Notes: generated from the letters alone by a model not told the origin. A stretch of DNA of 64,000 bases from Polyangiales bacterium (GCA_044375895.1 JBILLV010000008.1:7599-71598), one strand, 5' to 3'; shown: positions 1-8,976, counted from the first letter of the stretch. Numbers and translations are program-made.

Positions 1-344
1 GACGCGAGGCCCGGGAGGTTGGCCGGGTCGTGCGCCGAGCCCGCGCGGATCGCCAGGCGGATGTGGACCACCGGCAGCGTGTGGTACTCCACCGCGTTGA
101 GCTCGAGCCCGTTCGGCAGGCGCCGCCGACGGATCGTCGGGAGATGAACGTCCCGCGCCGGACCCGCGGCGGGCGGATCGGCGTGCACCGGCGGGGTGCG
201 CGGGGTCTCGTCCGCCACCACCGGGGGGGCGGTGCTGGCGGTGTTGCCGTCGTTGTGCGCCGTCGTCAGCGGCGTCGGCGTGTTGGAACTCTTGCACGAC
301 GCGGCGAAGAGGAGCGCGGCGAGGAGGGAGGCGGGGCGGTTCAT
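1..344 (-). CDS. M16-family peptidase-like lipoprotein, N-terminal part (gene runs off the window start)
   Basis: Absent from the ORF track because it is truncated. The minus-strand ATG at 344 overlaps the stop of the upstream M16 gene (TGATG). Translation is MNRPASLLAALLFAASCKSSN (lipobox), then LPNGLELNAVEYHTLPVVHIRLAIRAGSAHDP, a typical M16 subunit N-terminus. Tandem M16 pairs are common. Confidence 0.7.
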   Translation of the reverse strand, partial: MNRPASLLAALLFAASCKSSNTPTPLTTAHNDGNTASTAPPVVADETPRTPPVHADPPAAGPARDVHLPTIRRRRLPNGLELNAVEYHTLPVVHIRLAIRAGSAHDPANLPGLA

Positions 345-1744
345 CAGTGGGCTCCTGCGGGGGCGGCTGCGGGGGCTGCGGGACGTGACGGCGGGAGCAC
401 GTCGAGCACCGTGCGGTTGGTGGCGGCGAAGTACTGCCGCGCGACGCGCTGCACGTCCTCGCGGGTGACGGCGAGGTAGCGGTCGAGCTCGGTGCGGAGC
501 AGCGACGCGTTGCCGTCGTAGAGCTCGTACTCGGCGAGCTGCCGGGCGCGCGCCAGGTTGCTCTGGAGCCCGAAGACGAACTGCCGCCGCACGAGGTTCT
601 TCACCTTCTCCAGCTCGCGGTCGGTGACGCCTTCGGTGCCGACGCGGTCGATCTGCTGGAAGAGCACCTCGCGCACCTCGGCGCCGGTGTGCCCCTGCGC
701 CACCAGGCACCACACGCCGAAGATGTCGGGGCCGCGGCGGTCTTCGGTGTAGACGTTCACCTCGCTGGCGATCTCGCGGGTCTTCACCAGCTCCTGGTGG
801 AGGCGCGAGCTCTCGCCCATGCCGAGCACCGCGCCGAGCACCTCCAGCGCGTAGTGGTCGGGCGTCCGCCGCGCGGGGATGTGCCACACCGCGTGGAAGG
901 CCGGCAGCTGCGCCTGCGGGTCGGTCATGGTGTCGGTGCGCTCGGCCGTCTGCGCGGTGAAGCCCGGGTCCTGCCAGGGGGGCGCGCGGCGCGGGACGAT
1001 CATCGCGAAGTGACGCCGCACCATCTCCATGAGCTGCGCTGGCTCGAAGTCGCCGGCCACCGAGAGCACCGCGTTGTCGGGCGCGTAGTACCGGTCGTGG
1101 AAGGCGCGCACGTCGGCGAGGGTGGCCGCGCGCAGGTCGGCCACGTCGCCGATGGTGCTGTGCTCGTAGGGGAAGTACCCCTGGTAGGCCAGCTCGTCGC
1201 GCCGCAGAAACGACAGCATGTAGGGGCGGTTCTCGTACGACTGGCGCCGCTCTTCCATCACCGTCTGGCGCTGGTTTTCGAAGTTCTCCGCGGAGATGTT
1301 GAGCGAGCGCATCCGGTCGGCCTCGAGGAAGAGCCCGAGCTCCACCGCGCTCGACGGGAGCGTCTCGAAGTAGTTGGTGCGGTCTTCGCTCGTGGTGCCG
1401 TTGAAGCTCCCGCCGCGGGTCGAGATGAGCCGGAAGTGCTCGCCCTTGCCCACGTTGGCGCTCCCCTCGAACATCATGTGTTCGAAGAGGTGGGCGAAGC
1501 CCGAACGGCCGCGCTCCTCCACCCGCGCGCCGACGTCGTAGTACACCGCGACGGCCACGGTGGGCGCGCTGTGGTCGGGGCTCATCACCACGCGCAGCCC
1601 GTTGTCGAGCCGCTCGACCGTCACCGGGACCGGCAGCTCGTCGCCGAGCGCCACGGTCGGGAGCGACAGGGCGCCGAGGAGCGCGATGCCGCGGAGGGAG
1701 TGTGCGAGGGTGTGTCTCATCGTCGTGCGCACGCGGCGTAACAC
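344..1744 (-). CDS. M16 (pitrilysin/insulinase) family zinc peptidase, secreted
   Basis: 466-aa ORF with the inverted zinc motif HxxEH (GFAHLFEHMMFEG), a downstream E in NGTTSEDRTNYF, and signal peptide LLGALSLPTVALG. The true start may be the internal Met at about 1720. Confidence 0.9.
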   Translation of the reverse strand: MLRRVRTTMRHTLAHSLRGIALLGALSLPTVALGDELPVPVTVERLDNGLRVVMSPDHSAPTVAVAVYYDVGARVEERGRSGFAHLFEHMMFEGSANVGKGEHFRLISTRGGSFNGTTSEDRTNYFETLPSSAVELGLFLEADRMRSLNISAENFENQRQTVMEERRQSYENRPYMLSFLRRDELAYQGYFPYEHSTIGDVADLRAATLADVRAFHDRYYAPDNAVLSVAGDFEPAQLMEMVRRHFAMIVPRRAPPWQDPGFTAQTAERTDTMTDPQAQLPAFHAVWHIPARRTPDHYALEVLGAVLGMGESSRLHQELVKTREIASEVNVYTEDRRGPDIFGVWCLVAQGHTGAEVREVLFQQIDRVGTEGVTDRELEKVKNLVRRQFVFGLQSNLARARQLAEYELYDGNASLLRTELDRYLAVTREDVQRVARQYFAATNRTVLDVLPPSRPAAPAAAPAGAH

Positions 1745-1814
1745 TCCCCGCCAGCGCCTTCAAGCGTCATCAGGGTTGACGCAGCGCACGAAAGCGGTCT
1801 TCCCCTCCGGGGTG

Positions 1815-3386
1815 ATGCGCGCTCCTCCCATCACCCTCACGCTGCTCCTCGCTGGCGCCTGCGCGCGGCCGTTGTCGTCACCGCACGCCCCCGCCGCGCC
1901 GCCACCCCTCGCAGCCTCGTCGCCCGCCCTGGCGGCGGCTGACCTCCCGCGGCGCGCCCCCGTGCCACCGGTCGCGGCCGACGCCCTCCCCCGGCTCTTC
2001 GACGAGGGGCGCGAGATCGACGTCGACCTCGACGGCCACCCCGATCGGGTTCGCGAGATCGCCCTCCTCCCACGCCACACCCCCGACCCGACGCTCCCAG
2101 CCGTGGTTCTTGTGGCCCACGCGCTCCCCGACGGCCGCTTCGCCCTCGACGACGACATCACGCGCGCGGCGCTCCGCGCCCTCTGCCCCGAAGACCCGAC
2201 GCTCAGCTACCGCCGCGTCGAGCACGAGGACGAGACCGCCCAGGGCGAGCGGCTCAACGCCCTCCTCCTCGACGCGTACTGCCAGCAGGCGTGGGGGCGC
2301 GAGCTCGCCGAGCTCACCGCCAACCTCCGCTCGTTGCAGCACACCGTCGGCGCCGACGTGCTGCGCACCGACCAGATCGAGGCGATCGCGCAGGTGCTCC
2401 GGGAGTTTGCTCCGCCCATCACCCTGGAGCCGCTGCGGGCCGCGACGCTGCCGACGTTTCCGCCATACGAGCCGCCCGCGGCGCGTCCGGCGACCGAGCC
2501 CGTCGTGGCCCCGCTCGCGCCCGCCTGTCGGCGCGTCGTCGCGGACAACGCCCGGGTGGTGGCCCAGGCCGACGCGCTGGGCGCGCGCGTCACATCGTCC
2601 CAAGGGGAGACCTATTCCCTCAGCGCGCAGTACATCGGCGCCGAGCAGTGCGCGTCGCGCGGCAACGAGGCGTGGGTCGTCCGCGTCGCGCAGCCCAGCC
2701 TCCGTGACGAGACGCTCACGCTGGCGGCGACCCTCTCCTACGAGCGCGACGGCGCCCGCGCGACGGTGCGCATCGACCCCTTCTCGTACCGGATGTTCGT
2801 GCATCGGTGGACGTCGGTGTCCGCGGTCTTCGACTGGGACGGCGACGGCACCGTCGAGGCGGTCGTTCACCAGAACGAGTGGCAGCACGAGGCCGACGGG
2901 GGCGGCGCGGTCCGCATCCTGCGTGCGAGAAATGGTGCGCTGGTCCCGTACGCGCCCGCGGCGGCCTTCGCCCCCATCCAAGGCGTCCGCGATGTCGATG
3001 ACGACGGGCGGCCCGACCTCCTCCTCCCCTCGCCGTGGCACACGATCGAGTCCTGCGGGCCCGGGCCGCGGGAGGTGCTCGGCGTCGAGCGCGTCGCCCA
3101 CGCGCTCCCCGACGGGCGCTTCACGGAGGACGACGCGGTGGCCCGCGGGTACCTCGCACGACGCTGCGAGACGGCTCTGCGGGAAGGCGTGTTCGCGATG
3201 GACGAGACTTCCCCCGACCTCCTCGCCCAGGCCTGCGCACGCCGCGCCGGAGCGAGCGCCGAGGGGGTGGTCGCGGCCCTCCGCGCGCGGCATCGAGACG
3301 CTCCCCGGGTGCGGCTGCCGGGCGTCCTCAGCGGCGAATGCGTGGCCTTTCACGACCTCGCGATCAACGCGCTCATCGCGCGCTGA
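1815..3386 (+). CDS. hypothetical lipoprotein with FG-GAP/VCBS-like Asp-rich turns
   Basis: The in-frame ATG at 1815 gives MRAPPITLTLLLAGAC (lipobox). The upstream part of the 608-aa ORF overlaps the M16 gene antisense and is rejected. FDWDGDGTVEAVV and VRDVDDDGRPDLLLP resemble FG-GAP calcium-binding turns. No catalytic motif recognised. Confidence 0.55.
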   Translation: MRAPPITLTLLLAGACARPLSSPHAPAAPPPLAASSPALAAADLPRRAPVPPVAADALPRLFDEGREIDVDLDGHPDRVREIALLPRHTPDPTLPAVVLVAHALPDGRFALDDDITRAALRALCPEDPTLSYRRVEHEDETAQGERLNALLLDAYCQQAWGRELAELTANLRSLQHTVGADVLRTDQIEAIAQVLREFAPPITLEPLRAATLPTFPPYEPPAARPATEPVVAPLAPACRRVVADNARVVAQADALGARVTSSQGETYSLSAQYIGAEQCASRGNEAWVVRVAQPSLRDETLTLAATLSYERDGARATVRIDPFSYRMFVHRWTSVSAVFDWDGDGTVEAVVHQNEWQHEADGGGAVRILRARNGALVPYAPAAAFAPIQGVRDVDDDGRPDLLLPSPWHTIESCGPGPREVLGVERVAHALPDGRFTEDDAVARGYLARRCETALREGVFAMDETSPDLLAQACARRAGASAEGVVAALRARHRDAPRVRLPGVLSGECVAFHDLAINALIAR

Positions 3387-3490
3387 GGCAACGGCGTCGA
3401 AACTCGCCGACGGCGCCACGATCGAGCGAGCGAGCGCTCCGACCGATTGTCACGTGCGCAGTCACGATCGGAAGGGGGTTGGGCCTCCAG

Positions 3491-3509
3491 CTTGACCGGA
3501 CAGGTCAAG
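3491..3509. promoter_or_regulatory. perfect inverted repeat CTTGACC-N5-GGTCAAG, candidate MerR-type operator/-35 region
   Basis: The 19-bp palindrome lies 44 nt upstream of the ATG (3553) of the MerR-family gene. Its left arm contains TTGACC (-35-like). Its architecture resembles the HAIR-type repeats bound by HspR-like MerR regulators. Confidence 0.45.
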
Positions 3510-3552
3510 TTTGGAGGTGGGAGCGCCGTGCAAAGAGAGACAAGAGGTCACG

Positions 3553-3987
3553 ATGACCACGGTCACGGGCGTCGCCGCGCCCACGTTCACCATCGCCGCG
3601 CTCGCGAAGGCCGTCCACCTGCGCGTCCCGACGATCCATCACTACGTCCAGGCGGGGCTCCTCCCGCCGCCGCAGCGCCGCGGGCCCGCGACCACCTACA
3701 CCGAAGAGCACCTCCTGCGCCTCCGCGCCCTGCGGAAGATGCGAATGGAGGGCGTGAGCCTCGCGCGCATCAAGGCGCGGCTCCCGGCGATGCCGCTCGA
3801 CGCGGTGCGGGCGCTGGTCGATCCGCCGCCGCCCGCGCCCGCAGCGCCGCCGACGCTGGATGGCGTGATGGAGCGCTGGGAGCGCGCCGCGCTGGTGCCG
3901 GGTTTGGAGCTGATGGTGCGCGCTGACGCGGGGCCCCTGGTGCAGCGCCTCGCGCGGGAGATCGTGGCGGCCTATCGCGTGGGGTGA
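3553..3987 (+). CDS. MerR-family HTH transcriptional regulator
   Basis: FTIAALAKAVHLRVPTIHHYVQAGLLPPP followed by YTEEHLLRLRALRKMRMEGVSLARIK is a MerR-type winged HTH plus dimerisation helix. I prefer the start at 3553 (MTTVTG) over 3511 because the palindrome sits just upstream. Confidence 0.8.
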   Translation: MTTVTGVAAPTFTIAALAKAVHLRVPTIHHYVQAGLLPPPQRRGPATTYTEEHLLRLRALRKMRMEGVSLARIKARLPAMPLDAVRALVDPPPPAPAAPPTLDGVMERWERAALVPGLELMVRADAGPLVQRLAREIVAAYRVG

Positions 3988-4003
3988 TGCACGCGCGAGC
4001 GGG

Positions 4004-5314
4004 TCAGGCGGCGCCCGCGACCCGTGCGGGCAGGGCGTCGGCGATGGCGCCCGCGAGGTGGTCCAACACCGCTGCGTCCTCGGGTCGGGCTTGCGTCGAC
4101 AGCAGTTCCCTGGCGTGGGTGAGTTCGTCCTGTGCGTCCCACGGCCTCCCCGTACGCAGCGCCAGCCACCCCAGATCGACGCAGAGCGCGGCCTCCAGGC
4201 GAGGGTCGCGTCGCGGGAGCGACGACACCCGCTCCCGCACCACATACCGTGTTTCGTCTGCTTCATTCGTGCCGAAGAACAACCGGATGCGTATCGCCCA
4301 CAACAAGAAGAAGACTTCTCCTCGATCTGACAAGGCGAGATCGACGAACACGTGCCCCCAAACCCCGTCGCGATGTTCTGCAGCCAGGGAGAGGGGAATC
4401 ACCCGTTCGGCCACCGACGCCAGGTACCATCCTCGCTGTGGGTCGCCTATCGGAGGGGCGGCGCGGTCTCGCCAGCGCGAGACTTCGTTGAGCGCCCGGC
4501 GCACCTCCGCGTGGCGCGCCAGCGCGATGCACGCCTCACACTCCAGTAGGAAGAGCTCGACGAGAGCGCGCGACTGCCACGCGCCACCCAGAGGCTCCTG
4601 CCCGGCGCCGCACGCGTTGATTGCCTGCCGAACCTCACCGAGTGCAGGCGTGAAGGCTCCTGTCCGCAGGAGTCGCTGGGCTTCGTCTGCGTGGGCACGG
4701 ACGGCGTCTGGCGCCTGCTGCCAAGCTGTAACCCCCGGCGCGATGGGGACGAGTGCAACCGTCAGCCATCGGTAGGCCCGTCCCCCGTCGCTCATGGGTC
4801 CCACTCGCTCCAGCCGCGTCGTCTGCGAGCGGATCGACCAGAGGTCCGGAGCGAGGCGCTTCAGCGCCGGCTCCATGCGCGCCGGCAGTGCGAGCACCAG
4901 CGGGCGGGCGTGGGCGCGGACGACGAGGTTGCGGCGCTCGTTCAAGCGCGGGAGGAGGGCCTCCCAGGCGCTGTCGTCGCGCGTCGGCGACGGTGTGGCG
5001 TCGACGAGCAGCCAACGCCTCGCACCGACGCTGTCCCCCTCGACCAGTGGTTCGAGCACCGACTCGACGAGCACCTCGGGGCGAAGCGGATCCCCGCGCC
5101 ACCTCGAGTCGTAGGGGGTCAGCACGTCAGGCGCGACGTCTTCTTCTCTCGACGCTCGGAGGTGCCGCTCGACCGCCTCCGCCAGCGCGCCCGCCGTTGA
5201 TGCCTCGTCCACGAACACTAGAAAGAGGTGGAAGCGCCGCGAGAGCCGGAGCCCTTCCGCGAGCTCCATGAGTCGCGGGTCGAGCGCCTCCGCGCGCGGC
5301 GAGGTCTCGCTCAC
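4004..5314 (-). CDS. hypothetical protein, third gene of the P-loop NTPase operon; alpha/beta N-domain plus helical-repeat-like C-terminal half
   Basis: GTG at 5314 overlaps the TGA of the upstream gene (GTGA coupling); an alternative ATG is at 5269 (MELAEGLRL). It has FHLFLVFVDEAS and WLLVDATPS strands but no Walker A. The C-terminal half is helix-rich (AWQSRALVELFLLECEACIALARHAEVRRALNE). Locally AT-richer codons occur around 4255-4345. Confidence 0.6.
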   Translation of the reverse strand: MSETSPRAEALDPRLMELAEGLRLSRRFHLFLVFVDEASTAGALAEAVERHLRASREEDVAPDVLTPYDSRWRGDPLRPEVLVESVLEPLVEGDSVGARRWLLVDATPSPTRDDSAWEALLPRLNERRNLVVRAHARPLVLALPARMEPALKRLAPDLWSIRSQTTRLERVGPMSDGGRAYRWLTVALVPIAPGVTAWQQAPDAVRAHADEAQRLLRTGAFTPALGEVRQAINACGAGQEPLGGAWQSRALVELFLLECEACIALARHAEVRRALNEVSRWRDRAAPPIGDPQRGWYLASVAERVIPLSLAAEHRDGVWGHVFVDLALSDRGEVFFLLWAIRIRLFFGTNEADETRYVVRERVSSLPRRDPRLEAALCVDLGWLALRTGRPWDAQDELTHARELLSTQARPEDAAVLDHLAGAIADALPARVAGAA

Positions 5315-6705
5315 GGCGCGGGCGCCTCCCGAGCCGCCCGGAGCTTCTCGACCGCGATCTGGATGCCCTTCACCGAGCGGATCGCTGGGTGCAGGTCGAA
5401 CCACTCCTCGCCGTTGTGGAAGCACAGCACCACGTTGTTGGAGAGGAGCTGGTCGGCCAGCTCGCGCGACTCCGGGCTCACGAGCGCCGCGTGGAGGTCG
5501 TGGTCGACCGCGATCGACGCCAACAGCTCATAGGCCGTCGCGGGGATGGTCCGCCGGTAGTCGTCCCCCGCGCTGCCGAGCACGTGTTCGAACACCCGAT
5601 CGTCCACCGTGCGCTGCCGGAGCAGGAGCTGGAGCAGTCGAACAATTTCCCTGGGATAGCCACCCGACCACGCGAGGAGGCGCTCCAGGCGACTCTCCAG
5701 GGAGGTCGCGCCAAGCAGCTCAGTCAGCACGCCCGGGGGGATGCGCTTCTCGACGAGCGCCCGCGCCGCGCGGAAGCCCGCGTCGTAGCGCGCGCCCTCG
5801 CGGTCGTAGAGCTTGATCATCGGCATGAAGCTGGCGCGGACGTTCTGCCGGAGGATCAGCGCGGGCGGGATGGTGTAGACCACCGGCACCGGGAGCTGCA
5901 CGAAGGGGGCGGGACCGGCGAAGAGCCGTTCCGCGCTCTGGAGCACCTCGACCCAGTTGCTCGTGATACCGCGGAGCTTCTCCAGCGAGTCGAAGAGGAC
6001 GACGAGACCCTTGCGCCCCGCCTTCTTCGCGCGGGCGTCGAGGCGGCTCATCTCCTCGCCCGCGAGGCGGACGAAGGTGGTGACATGGTCGGCGATGCGC
6101 TTGCGCGCCTTCTGCCGGAAGGAGGGCTGCTCGCGCAGCGCGAGCACCAGCTTCCCGCCGAGGCCCGCGGTCGCGCTCAGGCCCGGCGCGAGGTCGAGCG
6201 CGGTGCCCGTGGACGTGGGGGCCACCTCCAGCGCGGCGATGTCCAGCTCGGTGGTGTCGAGCCAGTGCCACAGCCGCGCAAGGAGACCCTCGCCGAGCGC
6301 GCCGTCGGGGTCGCGGCGCTCGGCTCGGAGTACGCAGCGCTCGGTCTCGTAGAGGAGCGCGACCCAGATGTCGGGCACGTCGATGGGCGCGTTGAGGTCG
6401 AGCACGGCCTCGGCCTCGATGTAGACGACGAGGCGATCGGGGCCGTCGCGCTTCTCCAGGAGCCCCTGGAGTCGACGGAGCTCGGTGGACTTTCCCGACC
6501 CTGGGAGCCCGGTGAAGAAGCGGCAGACGGGCTTGCGGGACAGGCGGATCTCCGTCGCGATCGTGTCGATCCAGCGGTCACCGCGGACGCCGGGGGCGTC
6601 GCCGAGGTCGTCGAGGTCGACGTTGCGCGCGTCCCCCGCGGGCAGCGCCTCGTCGGGGTTGCAGAGGTTGTAGTACTTCTCGCGGGCTTGATCGGAGAGT
6701 GCCAT
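5311..6705 (-). CDS. P-loop NTPase (STAND/AAA-like), intact Walker A and B
   Basis: Walker A is FFTGLPGSGKSTELRRL and Walker B is KGLVVLFDSLEKL. The N-terminal motif is YYNLCNPDEALPAGDARNVDLDD...VRGDRWID. Clear paralog of the upstream gene. There is a 6-nt gap to the upstream gene and a 4-nt overlap with the downstream gene. Confidence 0.85.
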   Translation of the reverse strand: MALSDQAREKYYNLCNPDEALPAGDARNVDLDDLGDAPGVRGDRWIDTIATEIRLSRKPVCRFFTGLPGSGKSTELRRLQGLLEKRDGPDRLVVYIEAEAVLDLNAPIDVPDIWVALLYETERCVLRAERRDPDGALGEGLLARLWHWLDTTELDIAALEVAPTSTGTALDLAPGLSATAGLGGKLVLALREQPSFRQKARKRIADHVTTFVRLAGEEMSRLDARAKKAGRKGLVVLFDSLEKLRGITSNWVEVLQSAERLFAGPAPFVQLPVPVVYTIPPALILRQNVRASFMPMIKLYDREGARYDAGFRAARALVEKRIPPGVLTELLGATSLESRLERLLAWSGGYPREIVRLLQLLLRQRTVDDRVFEHVLGSAGDDYRRTIPATAYELLASIAVDHDLHAALVSPESRELADQLLSNNVVLCFHNGEEWFDLHPAIRSVKGIQIAVEKLRAAREAPAP

Positions 6706-6711
6706 GGCGGA

Positions 6712-8013
6712 CTAGCGGGCGGCTCTGCGCGGTTTGGTGAGGGGAATCGCGACAGGGGGTGCGAGTACGCTCAGATCGAACAGCACCGTCGCTGCCGCAC
6801 CGATCCAAGGTTCCAACGAGCGATAGGCCAGATTCCGACGTGAACGAAGGAGCCTGTGCGCGACCGACAAATCGCTCCGACTCGGACGCCAGTAGTCGGC
6901 CGTATCGAGCATGATGTGGGGAAGGTCTCGTTCCCTCTCACGCCGTCCTAGCAGGTGATGCAACGTGCCGGGAGCGATTGGCGCCTCGGCGGTCGTGAAG
7001 AGGGTGCGGGTGAGGTCGAGAAAATCCGCTGGGCACCCGCTCGAGCGAAGCGCGACCGCGGCGAGGCGCTCCTCCCAGTTTGGACCTAGCTGCTCCTGAA
7101 GTTGCTCGGACGTGACACGGCGGCGAACAACCTCCACAAGAGCCGTGATTCCAGGCGTTCGCAAGAGGCGATGACGCTCGTACCCACCCTGGCCACGCAC
7201 CTGCACCATCGGGAACATCAGCGACTCCTGCACGACCGTCAGCACCGGCGGCATCGTCTGCCACAGGAAGATCGGCAGGTCGCCGCACCACCCCCGCAGC
7301 GTCTTCCACGCTGCATCGGCCGCATCGATCCACTTGTCATCCGTGGGGTCGAGCTTCGTGAAGCCGTCCACCACCACCCCGATCCCCTTGCGCCCGGCCT
7401 TCCGCGCGCGCTCCACCGTACGCGTGAGCGACGCGACCGCGTGGTCGACGATCGCGCCCAGGCGCCCGTCCATCAGCGTGCGAAGCTCCTCGCGCAGCGC
7501 GGGCCGCGCGCGCAGCGTCTCGAAGGCCGCGAGGTCGAAACGCTCGGTGGCCGCGAACAGCTCGGGCACCGCCTCCTTCAGGAGCTGAAGCGTCGGGTCG
7601 TCTCCCGGCGCGTCGTCGTCCGCGAGCTTCGGGATCCGCGCCACGGTGGCCACGATCAAAAGCAGGAGCTCGACTGCCTGCGGCACCTCGCGCAGGTCCC
7701 AGGCCTTGTCGGCGTCGCACCACCCGACGGCGAGCGAGGCCCCCGCGTCGTGCCGCACCCGCACGCGCAGCCGTCGCAGCTCGGTCGTCAGGCCCGCGCC
7801 GCGCTGCCCCGACAGGAAGGTCGTCCGCGGGCGCTCGCCAAACTCGCAGTCGCGCGAGAGCGTGTCGACCCACTGGAGCCCGCGCGCGGGCTCGTTGGGC
7901 GCGCCGTATGCGTCGAGATCCACGTAGCGGGGGTCGTTGGGCTTCAGCGACTCCGTCGGGTCACACGCGTTGTAGATCGCCTGACGCGTCTCGTTGTCCA
8001 TGACCGCGGTCAC
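6712..8013 (-). CDS. P-loop NTPase paralog with degenerate Walker A (Lys replaced by Leu)
   Basis: Aligns with the 5311-6705 product: IYNACDPTESLKPNDPRYVDLDAYG...ARGLQWVD, then FLSGQRGAGLTTELRRL versus FFTGLPGSGKSTELRRL, and ARKAGRKGIGVVVDGFTKL versus AKKAGRKGLVVLFDSLEKL. The invariant GK[ST] lysine is L here. Confidence 0.8.
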   Translation of the reverse strand: MTAVMDNETRQAIYNACDPTESLKPNDPRYVDLDAYGAPNEPARGLQWVDTLSRDCEFGERPRTTFLSGQRGAGLTTELRRLRVRVRHDAGASLAVGWCDADKAWDLREVPQAVELLLLIVATVARIPKLADDDAPGDDPTLQLLKEAVPELFAATERFDLAAFETLRARPALREELRTLMDGRLGAIVDHAVASLTRTVERARKAGRKGIGVVVDGFTKLDPTDDKWIDAADAAWKTLRGWCGDLPIFLWQTMPPVLTVVQESLMFPMVQVRGQGGYERHRLLRTPGITALVEVVRRRVTSEQLQEQLGPNWEERLAAVALRSSGCPADFLDLTRTLFTTAEAPIAPGTLHHLLGRRERERDLPHIMLDTADYWRPSRSDLSVAHRLLRSRRNLAYRSLEPWIGAAATVLFDLSVLAPPVAIPLTKPRRAAR

Positions 8014-8133
8014 GATAGAGCCCCGCGTTCGCCCCGCCCGTCAAGCCTTCTGCATGCTCCCGTCGTCGACCGCCGCGGCCCACACCGCGCGTGCAACCGC
8101 TTCGCGGGTTGCGCTACCCTGCGCGTCCTCCGC

Positions 8134-8976
8134 GTGATCCTCCCCGACGACCCACCCCCTGGTGATCCCTGGGACGCGCCCTACGCGCGGTGCCCCTTCG
8201 CCCTCATCGACTGCGAGATGACGGGCCCCGACGCCGCGCGTGACGCGCTCCTCGAGGTGGCCGTGCTGCGCGTGGAGGGAGGGGCGGTCGTCGACGCGTT
8301 CGAGTCCCTCGTCCACACCGAGACCCCGTCGAACCCGCACGCCCTCGCGATGCACGGGATCACCCCCGAGTCCGTCGCCGACGCGCCGCGCTTCGAAGCC
8401 CTCGCGCCGCGCCTCGCAGCCCTCCTCGCGGGCGCCATCCCCGTGATGCACGGCGCCGACCTCGACGTGGTGTTTCTCAACCAGGCGTACGAGCCGCTCG
8501 CGGGGCGCCCGCTGCTCGGCCCGGTGCTCGACACCGTCCTCCTCGCGCGTCGGGTCGTCCACACGCGCACCTACGGGCTCTCGGCGCTCGCGACGCGGCT
8601 CTCCCTCAGCGCCCGCCGCTGGCACCGCGCGGGGGAGGACGTCCGCGCGCTCCGCGAGCTCTTCGCGCACGTCACGAAGGTGCTCCGCCCCGAGACCGCG
8701 CGCGATCTCTGGGAGGTGCGCGCGGGGCAGGACGGCCCCGTTCGCGTGCGCGGCTCCTACGCGCAGCTCTTCGCCCGCATGCAGGGGAGCCGACGCGCCG
8801 TCTCGCTCCTCGTCCGCACGCCCGGCCACGAGCCGACGACCCTCGTGGCCCGCATCGAGCGCTGGAGCGAGCCCTACCTGCACCTCGCCACCGGGCAGCG
8901 CGGCGCCAACGGGGTGCGGGTGCTGCGCGCCGATCGGGTGCTGTATGCGGAAGAGTCGTCCGCGCGGGTGCGCTGA
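8134..8976 (+). CDS. DEDDh (DnaQ/epsilon-like) 3'-5' exonuclease with an extra C-terminal domain of about 95 aa
   Basis: Exo I is FALIDCEMTG, Exo II is VMHGADLDVVFL and Exo III is HRAGEDVRALRELF. The start is taken as the in-frame GTG at 8134, because the upstream part of the 624-aa ORF is antisense to the NTPase gene. The C-terminal tail (SLLVRTPGHEPTTLVARIERWSEPYLHLATG) is unassigned. Confidence 0.8.
   Translation: MILPDDPPPGDPWDAPYARCPFALIDCEMTGPDAARDALLEVAVLRVEGGAVVDAFESLVHTETPSNPHALAMHGITPESVADAPRFEALAPRLAALLAGAIPVMHGADLDVVFLNQAYEPLAGRPLLGPVLDTVLLARRVVHTRTYGLSALATRLSLSARRWHRAGEDVRALRELFAHVTKVLRPETARDLWEVRAGQDGPVRVRGSYAQLFARMQGSRRAVSLLVRTPGHEPTTLVARIERWSEPYLHLATGQRGANGVRVLRADRVLYAEESSARVR

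Noticed and set aside
3511-3552. ATG at 3511 as the MerR start
   Set aside because: It would place the start codon 2 nt after the palindromic operator-like site. The ATG at 3553 leaves a normal leader and gives a standard MerR N-terminus.
8011-8022. Palindrome TGACCGCGGTCA at the NTPase start codon, considered as an independent regulatory feature
   Set aside because: A 12-bp GC-rich palindrome is expected fairly often by chance in this composition. It is mentioned only within the exonuclease finding.
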